Below are positions 35,079-48,715 of a DNA stretch of 64,000 nt, piece after piece; position 1 is the first letter of the stretch; the number at the start of each line of letters is the position of its first letter. The notes under the pieces were generated by a model, which ran no database searches, had not been told where the DNA came from, and saw nothing but the letters and a program-made list of their open reading frames with translations. The position numbers were made by a program, and so were the translations under genes. Source of the DNA: Octopus bimaculoides (Eukaryota); NCBI RefSeq assembly GCF_001194135.2, contig NC_068983.1, positions 68,243,841 through 68,307,840 on the forward strand. Reading direction: 5' to 3'.

Positions 35079-36897
35079 TAGTTTTCTCTTGTGTTGTTAT
35101 TAAGGCAGCAAGCTGGTAGANNNNNNNNNNNNNNNNNNNNNNNNNNNNNNNNNNNNNNNNNNNNNNNNNNNNNNNNNNNNNNNNNNNNNNNNNNNNNNNN
35201 NNNNNNNNNNNNNNNNNNNNNNNNNNNNNNNNNNNNNNNNNNNNNAAGTAAGTAACTAGTTTTCTCTTGTGTTGTTATTAAGGCAGCAAGCTGGTAGAAT
35301 TGTAAGCACGCCAAGTAAAATGCTTAGCAGCATTTCATCCATCTTTATGTTTTGAGTTTAAATGCTGCTAAGGTCAACTTTGCCTTTCATCCTTTCGGAG
35401 TCAATAAAGTAAGAACAACTTGAGCACTGGGGTTGATGACTAGTCTATGCCCCCAAAAGTTCAGGCTGTGTGCCTATAGCAGAAATTGTTATTATTATTA
35501 TTGTGACTATAGTAGAAATTATTGTTATTATTGTGCCTATAGTAAAAATTATTATTATTATCATTCAACTACAGTAGTAGTTGAATAATATTCTTAAGGC
35601 TGCAATTTACTCACATGAAGCATCTGTCAGAGCTTTGTTGCTAATTCAGTTCTTAACCAAATTGAAAACTGTTAACATTTTTGAAGTGGACTGGTCCATA
35701 TTTTGATATTAAAAATTTGAGATTTGGTCCAGTCGAAAAAAGTTTACATCAAAATTTGTAGCAACGATATAGGAGAGTAAGCAATGCCTCCAATCAAGTT
35801 TAGATCTAAATAACTTTCTTATCTTAAAAGCAAAAATATATTTATCTTAGCTTCAATGATAGAAGAAACCATGAGAAATTTCATAGTTTTGGTCCCATGC
35901 AACAAAAATTTGTATCAAAAAAGTTGTAAGCTTAAATGATAGAGTTCAATTCAAGGAATTTCATATCAATCTCATGCAATGAAGTTTTAAAAGAAAAATA
36001 TTATGAGTGTTTCTTTCTCAAATTTGAGGGTGATAATATAGTTCTATACATTTTAATGAATATAGTTCTATAAGGGGACTTTTAATATATGTCACCGACA
36101 TCATTGAGGTAAGGCAAAGATTATCAATGACACCGCTAATTTGCAATTAGTTTAATTACGTCATCTGTATTAATTAATGCAATTATATCATGTAAACACA
36201 GTCCCGTAATATCCGAGACGAGAAACAGAATCATTGTTTGACAGGAATTTCTCAGTTTTTAAGACTTCTCAAAGAATCATTCAACTACGGTAGTAGTTGA
36301 ATAATATTCTTAAGGCCGCAGTTTACTCACACACAACATCTTTCAGAGCTTTCTCGCTAATTCAGTTCTTAACCAAATTGAAAACTGTTAACATTTTTGA
36401 AGAGAACTGGTCCCTGTAAGTAACTCTTCCAATCAAGTTTAAATCTAAATAACTTTTTTATTTTAAAAGCAAAATATATCCATTTTCTAATTTTATTTCC
36501 AATATTTAGTTTTGTACTGAGTCGATGTAAATAAGGTGCTCTTCAAATACTAATCTTATTTTAATTTTTTTTAGATTAAATTTTTTTTATTTTAATCCAA
36601 AATAATAATTCAATCACAAAAATAAAAAAAATTAAAATATTCAGAAATTTATTAAATTTATTATTCAATTTTCAATAAGGTAAAATCTTAAATTATTCTG
36701 ACTTCAAATGCCACCAATGTCAACTTTGCCTTTTATCCTTTTGGGGTCAATAAAATAAGTACCAGTTGTGCACTGAGGCTGATTTAATTAACTAGCCCCC
36801 TACCTCCTCAAAATTTCAAGCTTTCTGTTTGAAATAGAAAGAATTATTATAATTTTTATTGGTGAGTGGAACTGATTTTAAAAACTAACCTCTGAAA

Positions 36898-36930
<33 letters not shown>

Positions 36931-37038
36931 NNNNNNNNNNTTTTATGGGGTTTTAAAGAGTTAACTGATTGAGGAAAGTATTATATGGGTTCTCATGTTT
37001 AAATTCTTTCAGAATTTTATCTGTGGTAATATATACTT

Positions 37039-37344
37039 TCCAGTGCCCATGGACTGGCTCTTGTGTGAGTGACACATGAGGTTTTTCGAGCGAGATCGTT
37101 GCCGGTGCCCCTGGACTGGCTCTTGTGCGGGTGGCACATAAAAGACACCATTTCGAGCGTGGCCGTTTTCGTGCGGGTGACACGTAAAAGCACCCACTAC
37201 ACTCTCTGAGTGGTTGGCGTTAGGAAGGGCATCCAGCTGTAGAAACTCTGCCAAATTAGATTGGAGCCTGGTGTTGCCATCCGGTTTCACCAGTCCTCAG
37301 TCAAATCGTCCAACCCATGCTAGCATGGAAAGCGGACGTTAAAC

Positions 37345-37375
<31 letters not shown>
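37039..37375 (+). mobile_element. 3' end of RTE LINE
   Basis: Shared 3'UTR with a long (GAT)n tail. Confidence 0.88.
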
Positions 37376-37888
37376 TCTCACTCTACATATAAGTCCATTG
37401 GCAACATGGTTTATGGTAGAAATGTCTTTTGCTGCTGCTTCTGTTGTTGTTATGGTTACAAGAGCTAACAATGTCTGTGGACTGTGCACTTGTTAACACA
37501 CTCACTCACAACAATGTTTATAGTTAGAACTGTTGTCCTAGGATATCCCCAAGTACCTCCTACATAAATAAATCTATAATACAAATTAGCTGATCATACA
37601 AAGCACTTGACTAAAGTTTATTTTATCTATAGCCATAACATCTTTATTGTGAAACATATTCAACAAATTAGATTGAAAACATTTTGAGGGACTTTATCTA
37701 TCTGCTATACATTCAAACCACAAGATTATATACGAGCTCCTTCACTGGTCCATTTTATAATAGTTATTTGTAGTAGTAGTTCCTACATAGTAATGCCTGT
37801 AACTGTTGTTTGTGAGACAGTTAAATGATGGTTTACAGACAAAATAGTTAAATTTTAAGATTTATTTATTACATTTTTCTTATTTCAG

Positions 37889-37963
37889 GAAAAATTAGTT
37901 CGGTTTATCCTTGCATGTCAGGATGATGAAACTGGTGGTTTTTCTGACAGACCTGGTGATACA
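37889..37963 (+). CDS. RABGGTB: RABGGTB exon 9
   Basis: [25 protein letters not shown]; 75 nt. Confidence 0.97.
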
Positions 37964-38856
37964 GTATGTTTGATATTTTTTTATTTCTTTTTTCTTCTTT
38001 TTTCTTTTGAGTTGATACCATAAGCTGAAAGTATCATAGTATAAGAGAGCTTCTCTTAGTTTTCTGTGTACTAAATAATCATAAGAGGGTAATTCTTCTC
38101 TGTGATAGAACAGTCTATTTCAGATTTCAACCAATAGGATCCTAACACAGGGAGCTAAATTAAAGAAACACCTGTCTATTATACAATGCTGTCTTCCTCC
38201 TTACTACTAAGAATAGTGAATTCTGCTTCTTGAAAGAACTTGTTTACTACTAGGTGGACTGTGTCAATGAGAGTTAAATGCCTTAACTCTGGGAGTTGTT
38301 TTATGAATTTATTCAAATTTAATGGATGCTGTGCCCAAGAGGTTACACGATGGGACATTAAACCTGGAACTTGATGGTTGGGAAAGCATTGGTGACATGA
38401 AGGGCCTCTGGCTATAGAATATATGCCTCAACAACTTCCATCTGACACATGGAAAAGTGGACATTAAATGATGATTATATACATGTGTATATATATAATG
38501 TATGTCTATGTATATATATCACCATGATATATATATATATATAAGAGAGAGAGAGACGGATGAATGGGTGGATGGACAGATGGACGGACTAGTGTGGGGG
38601 CAGGGCATGGAGTCAATTCAGTAACTATACAGGCTCTCACATACAATGTGCCATGCATCTAATTTATTTATTGTAACAAATGCTTCAAAACCATTATAGC
38701 ACCAAACTGCAAAGACAAACATTTATGTATAGAATACTTTTTTTAATTTTGAATAAGGAAATGATTGAAGGCTGTAAGAGTTAATTGTTAAATGTAAATT
38801 ACCACTTAAGATATCATTTGTTTTATTGCCATATGTTTTTTTTTTTAACTCTCCAG

Positions 38857-39000
38857 GTGGACCCATTCCATACACTGTTTGGTCTTGCTGGACTATCTCT
38901 GCTTGGTGATAAGTCTATCAAAGAAGTGAATCCAGTTTTTTGTATGCCCCAGGAGACTATTGACAAGCTTGGCATCAGACTGCAACTTCTCTCACTTTGA
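38857..39000 (+). CDS. RABGGTB: RABGGTB exon 10 (terminal)
   Basis: VDPFHTLFGLAGLSLLGDKSIKEVNPVFCMPQETIDKLGIRLQLLSL*. The spliced total is about 332 aa, similar to human (331). Confidence 0.97.
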   Translation: MDPFHTLFGLAGLSLLGDKSIKEVNPVFCMPQETIDKLGIRLQLLSL

Positions 39001-39131
39001 AACAAATCGACTTCCATTCTTAATAATCAGACTTTATTTTTCCAATACAACCATGTTTTATTTATTCATTTCAAGTTTGTACAGCTTCAAACTCTTTGAA
39101 CTATATTTCAACAGCCCTAATCATTGTGACA

Positions 39132-39137
39132 AATAAA
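39132..39137 (+). terminator. Candidate polyadenylation signal of RABGGTB
   Basis: First AATAAA, about 130 nt after the stop. Confidence 0.45.
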
Positions 39138-39984
39138 TTATATGTATATAATTTGATATAGTGCTCATTATCATGATCATTGTTTTAACATTCATTTGTC
39201 TATGTTTGCATGTGTCATATGAAACTTGAAGGGTATCAAGTGTATTTTCTACAGCTTGATACCCTTCTTGTTGCCAACCATCACTTTTTTAAAGTAAATA
39301 TTTCCTCTAAACTTCCAAATATGAACTATACAATGGGTGGGTATGATTGCATGAAAGGTTTCAAATGAACAACACTGTCTGTATGACAAGTTCACTCATT
39401 TATAACCAAGGCATGATTTGATGACAAGACTTACTCTCACACACACCTTTATGTATACAATGGACTTCTTTCAATTTCCCTCTACCAGATCCATTTATAA
39501 GGTGCCATACAGTGGAGCTGAACCTGAAACCACTTGTCAGAGAAACATATCATGCTGCTAGGTCTGTTTTAGCATGGTTTCTGTAGCTTGTTGCTCTTCC
39601 TAATACCTTCCACTTTACAGAGTGTACTGGGTCCTTTCTTGGCACCAGCACTAGTGAGGATGCTTTACAACCTGTTAGACTAAAAGACATAAAGGGGGCC
39701 CCCATAACTGAAGGAGAAAAGGAGAAAGTGAGAGGATTTTAGGCAAGATAATATGTAGGGGTGAGGTTTATAGTTGTGAGAGTAACTGAGTAGTTACTTT
39801 TAGGTGAGGGAGTATTAGAGGAACAAGGGAAGGGATTGGTGTCAGTAGTTAGGGAGAAAAGGAGAAACAGAGAGGAAAGAGTTGTGAAGTGGGTTATGCA
39901 CATGGGCTTCATGGCTATTCCACATTATAAGATGTGAGGGAGAAGGAAAGAGAGAAAATAGATGAGGGTGGCAAGGGTCTAGAG

Positions 39985-40295
39985 CAGGACTGCCCAACCT
40001 GAGGCCCGCAGACTTTCATCTTGTGGCCCATTTGATACTTTCTTGAAGTATTGTGTTTAATTTCAAAATAAAATTGTTTGTGTAAAACATTTGTTTCAAA
40101 ATAAAGTTAAGATTTATAAGTGGCAATAAAGCAATGGCCTACAATTTTATAATTTTAAACAAATGAAAAGTATGAAAAATTAATGATTCTGTAATTTGAT
40201 TATTTGACTATTAATGCATAAAGTATACAAGCGGCTCTCGAAAAAGTGTCTGTGATTAAATTTGCCCACAATGTAATTCAAGTTGGCCGGACCTA
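39985..40295. mobile_element. hAT (Charlie-like) MITE
   Basis: Left end CAGGACTGCCCAACCTGAGGCCCGC, degenerate right end AAGTTGGCCGGACCTA; 8-bp flanks GTCTAGAG / CTCTAGAG match the NTCTAGAN target preference. Confidence 0.7.
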
Positions 40296-40619
40296 CTCTA
40301 GAGAGAGCCAATTAGAGCTGTAGGGGCCATGGAGGATAGGCCAAAGAAATGAGAGGGTGTTGATGATAATATCTAGTGAAGTAGGGCAGGGAGATGTCAT
40401 ATGTATTGACTAGTATAGGGTGTCATCAGCTATAAGGGCATAAAATCGATGGACTAAGTTTTGAAAGTAATAGAAACAGTTATAGCACAGCTAATTAGAT
40501 AGGGAATTAACTCAGATGAGATGCAGTTCATGTTTGTGTCAGGACAGAATGTTGTCAATGTCCTCTTTCTAACAAGAATGGTTGCAGTGTTTTGATAAAG
40601 GTAAATGATAACAATTAAC

Positions 40620-40900
40620 ATTTGTTAACTTGGAGACGCCCTTTAATCAGGAACCAAGTCAGGTGGTTACTAAATAGACTAAATGACTGGCTCATGAGAT
40701 CTGTGTAAGCCATGTACAAAGATGCTGTTTGTAGAATGAAAGCAAGGAGTTGAGCAAAGAATTTAGCATGTAAGTGTTCATCAGAGCTCAGTGTTCAGTC
40801 CATTCTTGTTTATTGTGGTTATTTAGGCTATAACAGAAAATTTTAAGACATAGTTGCCTTTGCAAAGTTTTATATGATGATAACCTATTTGTCAGAGTTG
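40620..40900 (+). mobile_element. Highly degenerate RTE RT relic
   Basis: Resembles W.MRSV.AMYKDA...HQ.SVFSPFLFIV, similar to the 60.6-kb RT segment. Confidence 0.55.
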
Positions 40901-42917
40901 AATTTGTTGAAAATTAGAAAAGAAATTCCAAATCAGAAAGCAAACCCTAGAATTACGATGTCTTAAAGTAAATGTAGCAAAAATAAAATTTTGTTTTACA
41001 GGAATGATACCTAACTGTCAACTAGAAAATGGCCATGCTCAATATGTTGAAAAGGAGTTGGTAGAAATTTCATATAATACACTTAATGTAAACTGTAGGT
41101 ACACAATAGATGCAGTGGGATCACAGGCAGATTGACAGGGAATTAAGACTTTTCATGTATAATGGAAGTGCTGAAGTAGTTAGCAGTAAGAACACTCATA
41201 AGATGAATTCTCTGAAATACCTGGAAGCCTCTCCACATGTAGTTGACAGTTTCAGCTGTTCTCAAGCACATTTTAGGAAGAAACCCAAACTTCTACTTTA
41301 TGGACAACTACATTCTGATTTTTAGAAGGTCCTAAATCAAATTATTTCGAGAGAGAATTTATTCATATTAAAGATAGAAAGACATAACATTATTCTGAAA
41401 ATGGTGAATAGCATTTGTTCTATAAAATAAATATTTGAAAAATTTAATTAACAGATAACTTATCTTGTGGAACTTCAGAAAATTACTACAAAACTCTTAG
41501 GCTCCTGGGAATCCACTTTCAGAAACACTGACCAAAGTGGCCTAATTAGCAGCGGTAGTGAGTGTTATGAAGGCAAAGTAACAACAATAAGGAAAGTTCA
41601 GATATCTATTACCTCTGCTGGCAACAAAAGGATTCCTTCTTGGTGTGAAAGGCAGATTTTATATTTGCATAGAATGTAATATTGCATGGAAGCAAAATAT
41701 AGGCATTGAACATGGTGGGTGTGCAAAGGTTGGAAATAAATAAGGTATGTGACCTTAGCATACATAAATAACCAAGTACAATTCAACTGAGAGGAAAACT
41801 GGCTGTAAGAGGAATCAGCTGTAATGTTTGAAAGAAAAAATTGTGGTACAGACATGTGATGTAAATGACATTTGGGAAAAGATGCGTGAAGAGATCCAAG
41901 TGGAAGGAACCTGTGGAAGACAAATGTGAATACTGATTTCAGAAGAGGTTGAACCTCTCCAAAGAGAAGACAAGTGCGAGATGCTGAGCTAGAAAAAACT
42001 TGCCCAGCCCATGCAAGTGTAGAACAAGAAATATGAAATGATTATGATGCGTTTATATACTGTAACTTAACTGGTTTCTGACAGCAACTTGCACAACCAA
42101 ATGAAGACATTTCACTGAGTTTGAGGTAAAACAGGATTCTCGTCACATTCTTTGATCATCAGGCTATTTGGATACGTACCGCATAATGGCTGATGATAAT
42201 GTATGAAAAATTGCAAGAAAATGCAGGATCAGCATGTAAACGTAAATACTGTGCAAGCAGTGGTAATTCAGATTAACAAAAGCAAATTAAGGTATGAGTT
42301 TCTAAATTACTTCAATGAAGTAGTTATATTTCAATGTGTCCTTTCCTGTTTTAACATAGTCACTTGTGGTTTGAGGGAAATATGACCATTACTTCTAGCA
42401 GGTCAAACAACCGTGCAAATGCCTTCCCTCATCAGATCAACTTAGCAAGATTGTGGTACTTTCACCATCTATCTGCCTTGTTGTCTGCCTTTCTCCCTGC
42501 TCTCTTCCCATATTTCTTTCTGTCTTACACTTTTTATTTCATTTGATCTGAGGCAGGTGATAGAATGAGTTTGTTCATTATTATAGCAAGATAAATGCTC
42601 TTAGATGCATTATGAATTTTAACTGAGGGAAGTTTAGTATTTTGCTTATTGATGCATCAACTTAATATATTCCTTTCTACTATAGGAAGAAGACCAAAAA
42701 TTTTGGAGGATGGGGCCAGATGATTACATTAACCCCCAATCCTCAACTGGTACTTATTTTATTGACCACAAATACACACAGAGAGGATGAAAGGCAAAAT
42801 TGACCTGGTTGGAATTTGAACTCAGAATATAAACAATAAAAAATGATGATGATGATAAAGACTTCTATATGAAGCAAGAAGACCAAGTATGAATACAGAG
42901 AACAGAATAAACAGTGT

Positions 42918-43200
42918 ATGATCATAGACATTGCAGTTCCTTATGATAACAGAGTTGATACCAAAGAAATTGAAAAAGCTTGACAAGTATCAGGATCTAG
43001 CCAGAGAGCTGAAGAGACTGTGAAAGATTAAGACAACAATTATTCCTATAGTAGTTGGTGTACTTGGCATAACACCCAAAATGCTACCTAAAAGACTGAA
43101 AGATATTGGAAGCAAGACTCACGTTGTCACCCTGAAAAAAACTACCATCCTTTATTCTGCAAGAATCCCAAGAAAAATTCTTGAGATTTGAAGACTTGTT
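42918..43200 (+). mobile_element. Relic of a restriction-like endonuclease (REL) non-LTR retrotransposon (R4/NeSL/HERO-like)
   Basis: Frameshifted IIDIAVPYDNRVDTKEIEK..DKYQDLARELKRL..IIPIVVGVLG motif. Confidence 0.7.
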
Positions 43201-43689
43201 ACTACCAAACCTCAAGATAACATTCCTGCTAATTGAATTAGAATGTAGTAGCTTAATAACAATAATAATAATAATCCTTTCTACTATAAACACAAGGCCT
43301 GAAATTTTGGGGAGGGGGTAGTCACATCGATTCCAGTACTCAACTGGTACTTTTTTTATTGACCCTGAAAGGATGTGAGGCAAAGTCAACCTTGGTGGAA
43401 TTTGAACTCAGAACATGAACATAAACAAAATATCGCTAATTATTTTGCCTGGCATGCTACTGATTCTGCCACCTCGCTGCCTTTCACCAACAACAACAAC
43501 AATAATAAGCTTTTCTTTATTGGCCACAAGGGCTGAATTTAATAACAATAACAATAATAATAATAATAATGTTTTCTTTATTAATCATAAAGGGTTGACA
43601 AAACATTCAGGATAATGCAGCATGGGATTACATAAAAACATGCAAAAAGTAAAATGGCAGAAAAAAATTAAAACAAGGAATAATTTCTG

Positions 43690-44800
43690 AAAAGTGGGGA
43701 AACCTCTCAGAACTACTCGTGGAAACTCCAGAAAACCACAGTGGTCCTACCCACTAAGGCAAGTGCCTTCCTCCAATTGTTCTCCTCCAATCTACTGGCA
43801 CATACTTGGTTCACTCGAACCAAGCTTGCCACTCTTATTCACTTTTCAACAAATTTGTTGGAAGGCAGCACTTTACCCTTCACCATTACTTTTGTTTTCA
43901 AATGAAACTTGAAAAAGTTGATGTGGGCTTGGTCAAAGAGGAAAGTGTCTGTCTTCAGCGCTTTCAATTTCGTTTCGTTCACTGCACAACCTCTTTTGCC
44001 AAGACCACCAGATGGTCTGTATTTCCTTGCAAATGGAAGACAGTGGGATGATCTTCACTAAGGACTCATTCGATAGCCAGATCTGCCCTTTATGCGACAA
44101 GCAGGTGTTTGATATAACATCAGCAACATCTATAAAAATAAGATACACATCTGTTTAATCCAACAAGTCTATAGCATTCTTGTCCATTGTGGGGAAGGTC
44201 CAAACCAAGGTCTTACACTAACACAGGTCTGATCATTATTAGAAAACATTACTCCACAGTTGCAATGCAGATTTCTCAAGACCAAAGTATAGCTGACTTG
44301 ATCTTTGCCACAAGGCAGGTTCAAGAGAAATGCAGGAAGCAATACCAGGACTTGTCAAATGCTGTTGACACTATGCATGGGTAGCTTCTGCAGAGTATTC
44401 TCAGAAAGTTTAGTTGCCAGCCTTAATTTGTCGATCTCCCAGCTGGTACAAGACATGGATAGTGGACGGAATTGATGGTAAGCACAAATCTTCAGTGTTA
44501 AATGCAAGTTAAACAAAGATGTATACTCGTTTCTGTACAATTTAATATTTTCATCTGTATGTATAGGCATGCTGATACACACAAAGATAGGGAGGCAGGA
44601 GTTACTATTAAATTTCAGTGCGAGGGAGTCTTCTTAACATCAAAAGACTGCCAGATATCACTAAACTTAAATCAGAACAGATCTGATGATTGTGCTTCAG
44701 TAGCACACACACACCAGAAGTCCTACAAACCTTCATCTCGGCAGTCACTACAGCTCATGAAAGAATGGTCCTGAACATTTAGAAAATTTTGACCAATGGC
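43690..44800 (+). mobile_element. Degenerate RTE-BovB-like LINE relic
   Basis: DLIFATRQVQEKCRKQYQDL and SILVHCGEG-like RT motifs with many stops. Confidence 0.6.
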
Positions 44801-46910
44801 ACACTGCACACCTCTCTCTTTTCACTTTCTCAGTACAAGAGCAACAACTAGCCATACATCCCCAAGTTAATACCTGTGCAACAGCATTTCCAGTGATTCC
44901 ACATTGGATAAGGAGATACTAAATTATCTTAGACCATTTGCCATATCCTTTAGAAGGCCCAGAAAGAGTTTTTCTAAACAACCATTTCAATCCTCATGAA
45001 ATCTTATTTCCATTCGCCTCTATGAGTACGAAACATGGACTACATACACCCAACTCAATAAACCCTTTCAGTTGTAGCACAGCTTAGATTTGAAACCACA
45101 TCAGCTCAGTAACAAAAAATAGACCCCAGCATATTGACTTGCTCCGAATTCTGACCAATAGCAGCAATCATTTGATCGTATAATTTTGACTGGAAATTTC
45201 CACGAGTTTCCTGCCAAAATATGGTCATAAGTATAGAAGTGTGAGACAATCAGTTCAGAGGTTGAAAGTGGTTTCAGAGAATACAGTCAAGTATAAGATC
45301 CTTAGTCAAATGTTCTACCTTGGGTTAAAAAGAATCATTTTGTCTACAATGAACACAATATTCTCACTTCTCCAAGTATGTACACAGGACATTCTTAATT
45401 CTCACCTCTTGCTCCACACAAAGATATAGCTATCTAATTCTTGGCCAACATACATATATACATACATGCACACACATGCATACACATACACACACACACA
45501 CACATACATACATTCATTCATACATACATACATAAATCACTATTGGTAATCAACAGTACAGCCTCAGGCAAGTATGTACTGCAATCATTGTAATGTTTAT
45601 GTATAAATAAATGATTTCCTCAAGAACTTCAAATGGACTTGGTCTTAACATGAGTAACAACATGCAACCTAAGCCCGTCTAACCAGATATCAATAACCCA
45701 TCTAACTAGTTCTAAACAATCACGTTGATGGAAGTAAAGGATTACTTCAATGGAGTACCCAGCCCTATGAGCACCTAAAGATAGCCTTATTTGACTTGCA
45801 TGTCTATCACATAGGTCCTTCTACAGTGAGCTATATAATAGTAAGAACCTGATACAAGGATCTATGAAGCAGTTTAAAGACTATATTTAAGGCACTTTCA
45901 AGAAGAATAAGATCAACCCTTCATGACTAAGAGACATTGCTACCTGTGACTCACTTTGGCAATCTTCCTGCTTGAAGAGGATAAAAGATATTGAGGAGAA
46001 ATGCACTCAGTGTGAAGCTAAAAAAGATGGGAATACATAGATTTGCATTGGTCTCGCTAACTAAAAGTATTTATGCTATTTGCAGTTGAAGCAATTCATT
46101 AAGATTTGTTATGCACAGTCATAAAATAGTTCAACAAATAAAGATGGTTATCAATAGTTTTATGAACAACCATCAACAGCAACAGACACTGGATTACTTT
46201 CAGGTTGGCCTGAAAAGTCATAAGTAGCGTCTGTTTTCTGATTGTCCTAGGTATAACAAATAATAACTGTTGGGTAGATAAACACTGAACAGATTACTAA
46301 ATACTTAAGATCAGTAGTTCTCAGTCTTTTTGATTTCAGAGTACGCTGGAAATCAAATGAACATTTATTATCACACATTGCACAGATGGGGTAAAATATG
46401 GTTTAAAACATTTTTTGAATTGGGAAAAAAAATCTGGAAAACAATTGATTGCCTTCTTTTATTAATCATACACATGTTTTACAAAATTATGAATAATGCA
46501 TTTTCCAAAAAGTTTAAGCATTACTATGGATATTCTAAAAATCTTAAATATTGGCTTTTAAATTTGCATTATCCCTGAATAGACTTTGCAGTGCACCATT
46601 TAGGAAACTACTGACTTTGATAGCAGAGCATATTTATTTCAAATACAGTAATTCAAAGTCAAGTATCATCTACTGAAAGTTTTTCACTAGAAGTTGTCTC
46701 TTGGTCAAGTGGGAGCGCAATGTCATGTGGATTTTACAACTAGAAGTAAAGGAAGCGAGAGGTCAAGTGTGGAGTGTCTGCAAACATGACTGAAAATAGT
46801 CCAAAGTGTTAGTGAAGTTATGTTTTAGTTATTTTTACATTATAATAAGTCATCTCTTAACTTTTAAAAGATACTTGATGAAACCTTTACTACATTTGAA
46901 TACATATATA

Positions 46911-48116
46911 TTGGGTCATCCGATAAATAATGCAGTTTTTTCAATTGCATGAACTAAAAGTCGGAGGTGGATGGGATAAACTGCATCAACCTGCATCAAC
47001 TTGCTATAAAAGCAGGTAGTAATTTTACCTTGTACTTTTCCTAGTGCAAGTTTTGAAAAGTAAAGTTCGATTTTAACAGTTATTCTTTCAAAGCTATAAT
47101 GGAAGTGCCAAAAGAGCATATTCGGTACATTTTGTTTTATGAGTTCAATAAAAGCAACAACGCAATGGAAAGTGCAAGGAATATTAATGCAGTATATGGG
47201 GATCGGACAATAAGTGTAAGGCAGTGTCAACGGCGGTTCCAGAAATTCTGAGCCTTAAACTACAGCCTAGAAGACGAACCTCGTCCTGGAAGATCTGTAG
47301 AGCTCAGAGGACGTCATGCAAACTCTGGTGGAACAAAATTCCATTGTAACTATTGAGGAACTAACAGAGAAGATTGGATTTGGTCATTCAAACTTTCATC
47401 GACACATGCGTGCCATCGGAAAAGTCAAGCAAATTGGGTCAAGGAGTTCCTCACAAACTTTCCGAGGCTAATCACGCGCAGAGTGAATGTGTGTGCTTTT
47501 TTACTGTCACATCTCACCAATGAACTTTTTGGGACCGAAAAGTGACTGGTGACGAGAAATGGGTTCTTTATAAAAGTGTCAAGCGTCGAAGACAGTGGGT
47601 AGGGAAAGGTGAAACACCGGCACCTCAGGCTAAAGAAGGTCTTCACCCACGTAAGGTGTTATCTGTTTGTGGGGATATCAAAGGTTTAATCCACTTTGAA
47701 CAACAACAAAGGAGATCTACTGCGAGCAGCTTGAACGGCTTAATGCAGCGCTGGAAGAAAAATGACCATCTTTGGTTTCAAAACGAAAGGTGTTCTTCCA
47801 TCAGGATAATGCTCAGCCATATACAGCGAGGATGACAATCCAAAGGCTAGAGCAGTTATCGTTTATTCCGAAGTCTTCAAAATCATTTGGACAGAAAAAA
47901 TATGAATTCTGTAAACGAGGTCAGAACAGTATTGCAGGAGTATTTTTCGTCACGGACAAGTGAATTTTGGAAAAGGCTCCTTGCAAGTCGAGCAGATAGC
48001 AGAGCGTTGTAGAAAATGAAGGAGAGTTTATTTTAGATTAAAAAGGAACTTTGTTTATCTTAATTTTGAAAATAAAAGAAGTATTAAAAAAACGCATTAT
48101 TTATGGGATTACCCAA
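46911..48116 (+). mobile_element. Mariner (Tc1/mariner) transposon with a pseudogenised transposase
   Basis: About 30-bp TIRs TTGGGTCATCCGATAAATAATGC / GCATTATTTATGGGATTACCCAA with TA on both sides. ORF from 47099 MEVPKEHIRYILFYEF...; VTGDEKWVLY and FFHQDNA motifs; stops, frameshifts and a deletion. Confidence 0.92.
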
Positions 48117-48658
48117 TACAAGTACATTTGTGAAATTAGGTAAAGCGTTTATTGTAGAAAATAACGAAATATAAACGAGTGGATCACTGACTACGATATA
48201 TATTGTACATATTAAAAGTAATCGAATATGTATATTTAGAGTGAGATNNNNNNNNNNNNNNNNNNNNNNNNNNNNNNNNNNNNNNNNNNNNNNNNNNNNN
48301 NNNNNNNNNNNNNNNNNNNNNNNNNNNNNNNNNNNNNNNNNNNNNNNNNNNNNNNNNNNNNNNNNNNNNNNNNNNNNNNNNNNNNNNNNNNNNNNNNNNN
48401 NNNNNNNNNNNNNNNNNNNNNNNNNNNNNNNNNNNNNNNNNNNNNNNNNNNNNNNNNNNNNNNNNNNNNNNNNNNNNNNNNNNNNNNNNNNNNNNNNNNN
48501 NNNNNNNNNNNNNNNNNNNNNNNNNNNNNNNNNNNNNNNNNNNNNNNNNNNNNNNNNNNNNNNNNNNNNNNNNNNNNNNNNNNNNNNNNNNNNNNNNNNN
48601 NNNNNNNNNNNNNNNNNNNNNNNNNNNNNNNNNNNNNNNNNNNNNNNNNNNNNNNNNN

Positions 48659-48715
<57 letters not shown>

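Noticed and set aside
46312-46613. Possible hAT MITE (CAGTAGTTCTCA...GGAAACTACTG)
   Set aside because: The TIR is short and imperfect and the 8-bp flanks do not match; insufficient evidence.
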